From positions 448,001 to 512,000 of the forward strand of contig OZ242318.1 of NCBI GenBank assembly GCA_965208105.1: 64,000 nucleotides of DNA, written 5' to 3'. The position numbers and the translations under genes were made by a program. A model generated the notes under the pieces. The model was not told where the DNA came from and did no database searches. It saw nothing but the letters and a program-made list of their open reading frames with translations. This DNA is from Candidatus Latescibacterota bacterium. GTDB lineage: Bacteria > Latescibacterota > UBA2968 > UBA8231. Below are positions 39,965-48,109 of this stretch, piece after piece (positions within the stretch are counted from its first letter, which is position 1; the number at the start of each line of letters is the position of its first letter).

Positions 39965-42862
39965 ATGGCACCGGTTCTTTGCCTGCTCTGCATCGCACTC
40001 TTGCTCGCCAAGGCCTATCCTCAGGACAATTCAGCACGCCTGGGCAGATCATCCGAGCTGATCTCCTCCCGGCATTTTCTGCGGCACCAGGCCCCACCCT
40101 ACCGCAATTTCGCTCTCGAGCCATTCACTCACTACCCGAATCACTCCTTTCCCTACGCCCATCGGGCGCAAAGCTTTTACGGCCCCCTCGGCGACTATCT
40201 CACCTCCGGCTATTCCCTCTTCTCCTGGAACGAGCGTCGACGGCCGGGCCTTCAATACGGCAGTGCGATTTTCAAGGACATCGACGTGTTCCGTCCCATC
40301 TTCGATCACGTCATCGTGGCCAGCGACGGCTACAGCGATTGGGGCTACAGCTTCATCGTGGGCGACGATCTCATCGCCCACCTGACTCCCCTCACCATGT
40401 CCCACGTGACCTTTCACGGGGTCCGGCTCGACGCCCAGGTCCCCCGGTTGGAGTTCACGCTCATGGGCTCGCGCATCGAGCGCCCCTGGCACTGGGTCGA
40501 AGGCAGCAATATCGGGCCCTGGATGATCGATGGCGTCCACTATGCCGATACCAGCACCATGCTCCTCGGCGGCCGTGCCCAGACACGGATCGGAGCCCTG
40601 CGTCTGGGCATCAGCGGCGCCAACGCCCACATCTTCCAGAGCACGCAACCGGACAACACTCCAAAGGGGGTCATTCGACCCGACCACGTGCGCATCGGGT
40701 GGCTCGGTGTTCGCTTCACCGACGATTCCCCCTCCGATGACCGCGGCGGAGCGGTAGTGCAGGAACTGGACATCATCGTCAACGGACAGGTGCGCCCCGA
40801 TATCCGGCCCCGCATCATCACACACCGCGCCGGGGTGCGGTCGGCGGTTGGAACCTACTCACGGACTACGGGCGAATTCCGCGGAACCGGATACAAGCGC
40901 AGGGGATACCCCTACTACGTGGACTATCTCTATCGCATTCTGCTCGAGGACGGGGCCGATGTCAGCGCCAACACCCAGGTCGATGTACTTCGGGAGACCT
41001 TCACCATTCCTCCCCCGGGAACGGTGCTGCAAGCCGACGGCGACCAGCGGGTCGTCGTTTTGTACGACCTCTTCGAAGAACCTCTCATCGAGTCGGTGGA
41101 GATAGAGGCCCTGCTGGCCAACGACTACCGCGTTGAGGCCTTCATCCTTACCGAGCAAAACCCCAGAGCCCACAATCTTCAATCCCAGTGGAGGACCAGC
41201 TCTTTCATCACCCACCTGCGCGCTCCGGGCAACGTGCAGGACCTGAGCAACCTGGCACGGCGGCGCTTCGTGATCGGGGAAAACACAGCCATCTTCACCT
41301 ACAGCGCCGATGCCAAGCTCGACTTGCCGGGCATCGAAATCGACGCCGAGTACGCCCGGTCCGCCCGCTATTCGCGCTATCCCGCCTACATGGGAGACAC
41401 CCCGATCTTTCGCCGGGCACCGCACTACGGAGAACACGGCTCCGCCTATTTCGTCACGGCGAGTCACTGGTTTTCCCGCGGCCGCCTCGGGGCCGAGTAC
41501 TTCGCCATCAACCCCGATTTCAGGACCCGCCTGTTCAGCCGCCGCGAGACCACCGGCGCCAGCGAGTACATCGGGGTAGGATTCAGCCAGATGTTTGCAA
41601 TGAACCTGGTGCAGGACAACGACGACGGCGACCGCTTCCCCGAAGGCGGCAATCGTCCAATAGGTGCTCCGAGTTACGGCGGCGACATAGACGGGGTCTT
41701 CCCCAACCAGGACGAGAACAAAGACGGCATCCCCGACACCAACCGGAACTTCAATAGTATCCCCGACTGGAACGAACCTTTTCTCATGTTCGAATCCGAC
41801 CCCAACGAGTACGTCTACGGGCTCGATCTCAATCACAACGACGAGCCCGACCGGCGCGAGGACGACTACGAACTCGATTACCCCTACGACTTCGATCAGC
41901 GCGGCTTCCACGCCTTCGCCCAGGTTCACCTCAGTACCAACTGGATTCTGGGGATGGGCCGCTACCGCACCGGGGAGATCGCCGGTGCCGGCCGCAACCA
42001 CGCCGACTACACCCTCCTGAGCTACCGCCGCAAGGGCGCGGACCGGGTGCTCTCCTTGTTTTTCGAAAACAACCTGCGCCGAGTCAGGGACAACATCCAG
42101 GACAACTTCAGCGCGAGCAAAGACAATCCCCGCCTCGGGCTTTACTTCGACTACCGCGGCTACGAGGCCGTCAGGCCCGGCATCCAGGGAGCCCTGCTCT
42201 TCAGGAGCAGGAGCCATCAGCCAGACTTCCTCCTCTACCGGGACAGCTACGTCAACGAGACCTACCTGGAGGGTCACCTCAATCCCTGGTCCAGCCTCAA
42301 CCTGGTCCACAAACTGCGCCTGCGTCTCAACTGGCAGCAGGGGGGAGACCTGCCCGGCGGCACCTCGCAGCGGGCTCGCCGCCTCGACTACTGGACCCTG
42401 GTCAGCCGCGCCGACTACACCTGGCAGTGGGGCCGCCTGCAGATCAAGCCCAGGATCAAGTTCATGTTCCTGCGCCTGGTCGACCAGGACGCCGACCGCC
42501 AGCCCGGAGGGCGCTACGCCGCGCGCGAGCTGATCGCCGAGCACCGCATCATTCCCATCCTCCTGGTCTCCTGTCCCCTCCTGCGCCGCACCACGATGCA
42601 ACTGGGGCTGCAGGGGCTGGGCCCGCTGCCCTACCGCCTCGAAGACCGCGTCCGCGAGCGCAACAGCCTGCGCCGGCGCATCGGCTTTCTCACTCTGACC
42701 AACCGCTCTCTCTACTTCGGCTACGACCTCTACAACATCGTGGGCATGCAGCGCGACAAACTGAGCTACGACGACACTTTCAGGCAGAGCTCCAACCGCG
42801 ACACCTGGTCTTTCTTCATCCGCACATTGGTAGGGTTTACCGAGTACGGGAGGGCAATCTAG
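39965..42862 (+). CDS. Large hypothetical exported protein, paralog 2 (predicted outer-membrane, Ca-binding repeats)
   Basis: Signal peptide MAPVLCLLCIALLLAKA; DNDDGD, DENKDGIPD and DLNHNDEPD repeats; amphipathic beta strands. Confidence 0.88.
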   Translation: MAPVLCLLCIALLLAKAYPQDNSARLGRSSELISSRHFLRHQAPPYRNFALEPFTHYPNHSFPYAHRAQSFYGPLGDYLTSGYSLFSWNERRRPGLQYGSAIFKDIDVFRPIFDHVIVASDGYSDWGYSFIVGDDLIAHLTPLTMSHVTFHGVRLDAQVPRLEFTLMGSRIERPWHWVEGSNIGPWMIDGVHYADTSTMLLGGRAQTRIGALRLGISGANAHIFQSTQPDNTPKGVIRPDHVRIGWLGVRFTDDSPSDDRGGAVVQELDIIVNGQVRPDIRPRIITHRAGVRSAVGTYSRTTGEFRGTGYKRRGYPYYVDYLYRILLEDGADVSANTQVDVLRETFTIPPPGTVLQADGDQRVVVLYDLFEEPLIESVEIEALLANDYRVEAFILTEQNPRAHNLQSQWRTSSFITHLRAPGNVQDLSNLARRRFVIGENTAIFTYSADAKLDLPGIEIDAEYARSARYSRYPAYMGDTPIFRRAPHYGEHGSAYFVTASHWFSRGRLGAEYFAINPDFRTRLFSRRETTGASEYIGVGFSQMFAMNLVQDNDDGDRFPEGGNRPIGAPSYGGDIDGVFPNQDENKDGIPDTNRNFNSIPDWNEPFLMFESDPNEYVYGLDLNHNDEPDRREDDYELDYPYDFDQRGFHAFAQVHLSTNWILGMGRYRTGEIAGAGRNHADYTLLSYRRKGADRVLSLFFENNLRRVRDNIQDNFSASKDNPRLGLYFDYRGYEAVRPGIQGALLFRSRSHQPDFLLYRDSYVNETYLEGHLNPWSSLNLVHKLRLRLNWQQGGDLPGGTSQRARRLDYWTLVSRADYTWQWGRLQIKPRIKFMFLRLVDQDADRQPGGRYAARELIAEHRIIPILLVSCPLLRRTTMQLGLQGLGPLPYRLEDRVRERNSLRRRIGFLTLTNRSLYFGYDLYNIVGMQRDKLSYDDTFRQSSNRDTWSFFIRTLVGFTEYGRAI
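42241..42862 (+). repeat. 622-bp near-identical direct repeat, copy 1 (3' end of paralog 2)
   Basis: Manual alignment with 45249-45870 shows about 8 substitutions and no indels (offset 3008). Confidence 0.95.
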
Positions 42863-42957
42863 TGAAGCCTGGCCTGCGCTGGGGCCAGTTGAGGCAATTG
42901 CTGGATCCATATTAATTGATTTTTCTAACCAATTAATGGAGAGTAAGTTAGAGAGTC

Positions 42958-45870
42958 ATGTCATTGCTATTCACACTTGCACTTCTAGCTCTGTACCTGT
43001 CCGCTGCTGCGGCCGAAGATGACCGACTTGGAGGAGGTCCGGGCGAGTCGGAGGTAATCTCCGCCCGCCCCTTTCTGCGCATGCCGCGGGAAGGTTATCG
43101 CAACTACGCCCTGCAAACCTATACTCCCTACCCGGACCATTCTGTCCCCTACAATCAAAGACCCCGGGCCTTTTTCGGACCCATGGGAGACTATCTCATC
43201 ACCGGCTATGGACTTTACTCCTGGAACGAGCGCCGCCTGCCCGGCCTGGAGTACGGAAGCGCCATCGCGAAAAACCTGGACGTATTCCGCCCGATTTTCG
43301 ACCACGTCATCGTCGGCCGCGACGGCTACGGCAGCTGGGGCTACAGTCTCATCGTCGGAGACGGCCTGATGGCCCGCTTCACTCCCCTTACCATGTCGAA
43401 GACGGACCTCAATGGAACGCGCCTCGACATCCACACTCCTCACCTGGAAATTACCCTGGCCGGCTCGCGCATCGAGCGCCCGGTACACTGGGTGGAGGGC
43501 ATGAATACCGCGCCCTGGATGATCGAGGGGACCCACTACGCCGACGCCACATCGCTGCTGTTGGGCGGACGCGCACAGACCAGGATCGGCGCCCTGCGCC
43601 TGGGATTGAACGGCGCCAACGTGCACATCTACGACAGCACCCGGCCCGGCAACTCCCTCAAGGGAATCATCCGGCCGGACCACCCCCGGATCTTCTGGCT
43701 GGGCCTTGAGATCAGCGACGACTCACCCGCCGACGGCGGCGGCGGCGCAGTGGTGCAGGAACTGCAGCTTGTCGTCAACGGAGAGGCCAGGCCCGACATC
43801 CGGCCCCGCGTGGTCAGCCACGGGGCAGGGGTGCGCTCCGCGGTGGGAACCTACTCCCAGGCCACAGGGGAGTTCCGCGGCACCGGCTACAAGCGCAGAG
43901 GCTATCCCTACTTTGCCGACTATCTCTACCGCTTCGAGCACGAGGACGGAATCGACGTGAGCGCAAACACCAATCTGGCCGCTCTCCTCGAAACCTTCGT
44001 CATGGAGCCTCCAGGGACGGTGCTGCGGGCAGACGGAGACGATCTGGTGGTCGCCATGTTCGACCTCTCGCGGGAACCGGCAATCGAGTCGGTTGTTGTG
44101 GACGCCCTGCTGGGCAACGACTACCGCGTCCGCGTATTCACCCTGATCGATGAAAACCCCAGGGCCAAGGGGCACGCTACCCGGTGGAGGCCCAGTTCCC
44201 CCATCATTCGCCTGCGCGCCCCTGGCAACGTGCAGGATCTGTCCAACCTGGGGCGCCGGCGCTTCAGGATCGGCGAGAACACCGGCCTCTTCACCTACAG
44301 CGCCGATTTGGCGCTCGACCTGCCCGGCCTCGAAATCGACGCCGAGTACGCCCGCTCCGCGCTCCTTTCGCGCTATCCGGGATTTATGGGGGAAACTCCG
44401 ATCTTCCGCCGGGCGCCCCACTTCGGGGAACACGGCTCCGCCTATTTCGTCACGGCCAGCCGCTGGTTTTCCCGCGGTCGACTGGGCGCCGAGTACTTTG
44501 CCATCAATCCCGAATTCCGCACCCGGATGATCAGCCGCCGCTGCTGCCGGCTCGGCGAACTCATCGGCATAGGCTACAGCAGTATGCTGGGCCTGAGCCT
44601 GGTTCAGGACAATGACGACGGCGACCGCTTCCCCGAGGACGTGGGAAGGGTTCTCGGCAGTCCAAGCGACGGAGGAGACGCGGACGGAGTCTTCCTCAGC
44701 CAGGACGGGAACAACGACGGCATCCCCGACACCAACCGGAACTTCAACAGTATCCCCGACTGGAACGAACCTTTTCTCATGTTCGAATCCGACCCCAACG
44801 AGTACGTCTACGGACTCGACCGCAACAACAACGACGAACCCGACCACCGCGAGGACGACGCGACCCCCGACTATCCCTATGACCTCGACCAGCGCGGCTT
44901 CCACCTCTTCGGGCAGGTACACCTGAGCACCCACTGGACCATGGCACTGGGCCGCTACCGCACCAGGCAGATCGAGGGTGCCGGCCGCAACCATGCGGAC
45001 TACGCACTCCTGAGCTACCGCCGCAAGGGCGCGGACCGGGTGCGCTTCCTGTTCTTCGAAAACAACCTGCGGCGCCTGAAGGACGGAATTCAGGACAACT
45101 TCGCCTCCTACGGCGACCGTCCGCGCCTGGACCTCTACTTCACCTTTCGCGGCTACCTGAGCGAAATCTTCCTGAATGTCCCGCCTGGACTGCAGCCGGC
45201 CATCCTCTATCGCACAGGGAGGCGCCACACCGATGTGCTACTCTACCAGGACAGCTACGTCAACGAGACCTACCTGGAGGGTCACCTCAATCCCTGGTCC
45301 AGCCTCAACCTGGTCCACAAACTGCGCCTGCGCCTCAACTGGCAGCAGGGGGGAGACCTGCCCGGAGGCGCCTCGCAGCGGGCTCGCCGCCTCGACTACT
45401 GGACCCTGGTCAGCCGCGCCGACTACACCTGGCAGTGGGGCCGCCTGCAGATCAAGCCCAGGATCAAGTTCATGCTCCTGCGCCTGGTCGACCAGGACGC
45501 CGACCGCCAGCCCGGAGGGCGCTATGCCCCGCGCGAGCTGATCGCCGAGCACCGCATCATTCCCATCCTCCTGGTCTCCTGTCCCCTCCTGCGCCGCACC
45601 ACGATGCAACTGGGGCTGCAGGGGCTGGGCCCGCTGCCCTACCGCCTCGAAGACCGCGTCCGCGAGCGCAACAGCCTGCGCCGGCGCATCGGCTTTCTCA
45701 CTCTGACCAACCGCTCTCTCTACTTCGGCTACGACCTCTACAACATCGTGGGCATGCAGCGCGACAAACTGAGCTACGACGACACTTTCAGGCAGAGCTC
45801 CAACCGCGACACCTGGTCTTTCTTCATCCGCACATTGGTAGGGTTTACCGAGTACGGGCGGGCAATCTAA
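42958..45870 (+). CDS. Large hypothetical exported protein, paralog 3
   Basis: Signal peptide MSLLFTLALLALYLSAAAA; collinear with paralog 2 over the full length. Confidence 0.88.
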   Translation: MSLLFTLALLALYLSAAAAEDDRLGGGPGESEVISARPFLRMPREGYRNYALQTYTPYPDHSVPYNQRPRAFFGPMGDYLITGYGLYSWNERRLPGLEYGSAIAKNLDVFRPIFDHVIVGRDGYGSWGYSLIVGDGLMARFTPLTMSKTDLNGTRLDIHTPHLEITLAGSRIERPVHWVEGMNTAPWMIEGTHYADATSLLLGGRAQTRIGALRLGLNGANVHIYDSTRPGNSLKGIIRPDHPRIFWLGLEISDDSPADGGGGAVVQELQLVVNGEARPDIRPRVVSHGAGVRSAVGTYSQATGEFRGTGYKRRGYPYFADYLYRFEHEDGIDVSANTNLAALLETFVMEPPGTVLRADGDDLVVAMFDLSREPAIESVVVDALLGNDYRVRVFTLIDENPRAKGHATRWRPSSPIIRLRAPGNVQDLSNLGRRRFRIGENTGLFTYSADLALDLPGLEIDAEYARSALLSRYPGFMGETPIFRRAPHFGEHGSAYFVTASRWFSRGRLGAEYFAINPEFRTRMISRRCCRLGELIGIGYSSMLGLSLVQDNDDGDRFPEDVGRVLGSPSDGGDADGVFLSQDGNNDGIPDTNRNFNSIPDWNEPFLMFESDPNEYVYGLDRNNNDEPDHREDDATPDYPYDLDQRGFHLFGQVHLSTHWTMALGRYRTRQIEGAGRNHADYALLSYRRKGADRVRFLFFENNLRRLKDGIQDNFASYGDRPRLDLYFTFRGYLSEIFLNVPPGLQPAILYRTGRRHTDVLLYQDSYVNETYLEGHLNPWSSLNLVHKLRLRLNWQQGGDLPGGASQRARRLDYWTLVSRADYTWQWGRLQIKPRIKFMLLRLVDQDADRQPGGRYAPRELIAEHRIIPILLVSCPLLRRTTMQLGLQGLGPLPYRLEDRVRERNSLRRRIGFLTLTNRSLYFGYDLYNIVGMQRDKLSYDDTFRQSSNRDTWSFFIRTLVGFTEYGRAI
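45249..45870 (+). repeat. 622-bp near-identical direct repeat, copy 2 (3' end of paralog 3)
   Basis: Matches 42241-42862. Confidence 0.95.
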
Positions 45871-45921
45871 GGCCCCCCCGGGGAAACCGGCTGGAACCCC
45901 TTTTCGGGATCTTCTCTTCTT

Positions 45922-48072
45922 CTACATCTGCAGCGGGATGTTGCGAATCATTCCGGTGAGGGAGTCCACCATGAGCCAGATGCCGTTGCACAGCACGTGG
46001 CCGACGATCAGCCCCAGGAAGAATGGCTGTGTGCGGCGGTAGGCCGCGGCGCCGCCGTAGCGCAGCACCACCTTCTTGATCAGACAGGCCGCCAGAATAC
46101 TGAACCACATGTAGTAGATGACCATTCCGACGGGAAATCCGAGAGGATGCAGGGGCCACCACAGAAAGCGCATCCGCGCCCACAGCATGATCAGCATGGC
46201 AGCGGCCCCTCCCAGGTAAAATCCCAGACCGGTCCAGTACACCCCCCGGGGCTCCAGGTTGCGCAGCGCCACGTTGTAGATATCCGCAGGGGCAACCTGG
46301 AAATAGGATCCCCGCAGGTTGATGCCGCCGTATTCGTGGGCCATGTGCAGGATCATCCAGAAAGCGCCCGCGACGCCGATGGCCAGGGCCAGGACCACCG
46401 CGCCAAGCAGGCGGCCCCTGCTGCGCCGGTCCACCTCCCCCACCAGCTTGAGGCCGGTGGCGAGGACGGTCATCAGGTTGATGGTACCGTTGAGGGACCA
46501 GGCATAGCCCATGGAGAGGCAGAATACCCCTGTGGGGCCTATCAACTGCGATCCCAGGATCCCGGTCACCAGCTCGGGCGCCCCCAATGGAGACGACATC
46601 CCCACCAGACCGGCCTCGGCCACGCAGCGGGTTATGCCGATGAAGACACACAGGACGACCGCTACGAAAACCGCCGCCACCCACAGCGGAGTTCCCATCA
46701 GCCAGAGCCACCCTGCCATGACCAGGGGTCCTCCCACCGCACCTGCCACGGCAGTGCGATAGGAGAGGATCTCGTCGCCGTCGTCGACATGGGGAGCCCG
46801 CCCGAGAGCCTTGCGCGCCACGTTCTTCAGGTGCTCGCGTCCCATCCACAGGCCCGCGGCGACCAGTGCCATGAATGCACCAGCTCCCTGGTAGCCCATG
46901 AGCGGCACCGTGCTGAACCCATGGGTCACCGTCTGACCCGAGCCCAGGCCCATGAACACCAGGGCCCATCCCTCCAGCTTGAAGAGCAGGTGGAACAGGC
47001 AAATCCCGGCGGCGATCTTGGTGTTGACGAAGTAGCAGAATCCGATCCAGATGAAGCTGATCTGCACGATGATCAGCTCGACGTCGAGGACCGGGAAGCT
47101 CCAGAACATCCGCGGATGCACAACGGCCGGGTCGTAACTGTGCCATGCCTTGAGACTTCCCACTACCAGGGGAAGGGCACAGCCCGCCCACATGGCGGGG
47201 CTCTTGAAAAAGCGATTCACCAGCATCTCCCCCTTCTCCCCGCTCACCAGGGCCAGGGGCACCTGCGCCACCGGATATGGAAGGCGCTCGCGCTCCGCCC
47301 ACTGGCGCCGCAGGATCACCGCCATGGAAATCAGTGTGGCGTAAAGGGCACCCAGGAAGATCCCCCACCAGAACAGAGGCTCCACCCAGGCCTCGTAGGC
47401 AACCGAATGCCCGGCGCCCACGCCTTCGTAAAAGGCCTGGTTCTGATTGCCGTCGTCTACCATTATGCGGCGCTCGGGCAGGAGGGGAAAGAGTCTTTCC
47501 GCCCACCTGTTCTCGATGGAGGCAAAGTAGAAGAGGGCGGTGATTCCAGGCAGGAGGATCTCGCTCAATCCAAGGGAGCACACCGCCGATACCACCAGCA
47601 GCATGACGTAGACCAGGATCAGCTCCGAGCGATTGAGCGTCAGACTGCGGCCGTGGACTGCCATGGCCCAGTTCAGCACCAGCAGGAGGACCAGAAAGGA
47701 GGAGTATATCAGGAGCGGAGAGTAAAAATCAAGGGAGTCCGGCGGCCACCAGGCGCCAAGGTAAAGTCCGACGGCCAGCAGGGCGGTGAGCAGCGCCCTG
47801 TCCGGGCGTCCCGCGCCCAGCTTGAACAGCAGGTTCAGCACCCCGACCAGCAGGACCAGGAGCAGAAAGGCCCCCGAGGTGGTGGCGTTCTGGGCCATGT
47901 AGGGACCCTTGATGAGGATATTGCCGTAAGGCGCGCCAATGGCCAGGAAAAAGCTGAGTATTCCCCCCAGCAGGAAGGACCGCGCCCTCACCCCCTGGCG
48001 GCGGTCCCCGGAGCGGCTCCGGTCCTCGAGATATCTCTTCAGCCCAGGAGGCAGTTCGCGCCTCAACAGCAC
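45922..48072 (-). CDS. Polytopic membrane protein, DUF6785/DUF6784-like
   Basis: 716 aa with many TMs; QWAERERLPYP, R.VAEAG, WWPLHPLGF and K.VVLRYGG..YRR..PFFLGLI.G motifs (recognised from memory). Confidence 0.75.
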   Translation of the reverse strand: MLLRRELPPGLKRYLEDRSRSGDRRQGVRARSFLLGGILSFFLAIGAPYGNILIKGPYMAQNATTSGAFLLLVLLVGVLNLLFKLGAGRPDRALLTALLAVGLYLGAWWPPDSLDFYSPLLIYSSFLVLLLVLNWAMAVHGRSLTLNRSELILVYVMLLVVSAVCSLGLSEILLPGITALFYFASIENRWAERLFPLLPERRIMVDDGNQNQAFYEGVGAGHSVAYEAWVEPLFWWGIFLGALYATLISMAVILRRQWAERERLPYPVAQVPLALVSGEKGEMLVNRFFKSPAMWAGCALPLVVGSLKAWHSYDPAVVHPRMFWSFPVLDVELIIVQISFIWIGFCYFVNTKIAAGICLFHLLFKLEGWALVFMGLGSGQTVTHGFSTVPLMGYQGAGAFMALVAAGLWMGREHLKNVARKALGRAPHVDDGDEILSYRTAVAGAVGGPLVMAGWLWLMGTPLWVAAVFVAVVLCVFIGITRCVAEAGLVGMSSPLGAPELVTGILGSQLIGPTGVFCLSMGYAWSLNGTINLMTVLATGLKLVGEVDRRSRGRLLGAVVLALAIGVAGAFWMILHMAHEYGGINLRGSYFQVAPADIYNVALRNLEPRGVYWTGLGFYLGGAAAMLIMLWARMRFLWWPLHPLGFPVGMVIYYMWFSILAACLIKKVVLRYGGAAAYRRTQPFFLGLIVGHVLCNGIWLMVDSLTGMIRNIPLQM

Positions 48073-48109
48073 CTGCTTTCCACTGGAATGAAAACCGGAT
48101 TCCGCCCAC

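Noticed and set aside
42241-45870. Diversity-generating retroelement (TR/VR pair) using the RT at 61338
   Set aside because: The differences between the repeats are not adenine-specific (T/C, C/T and G/C are present), both copies are coding 3' ends, and the RT sits inside a complete group II intron.
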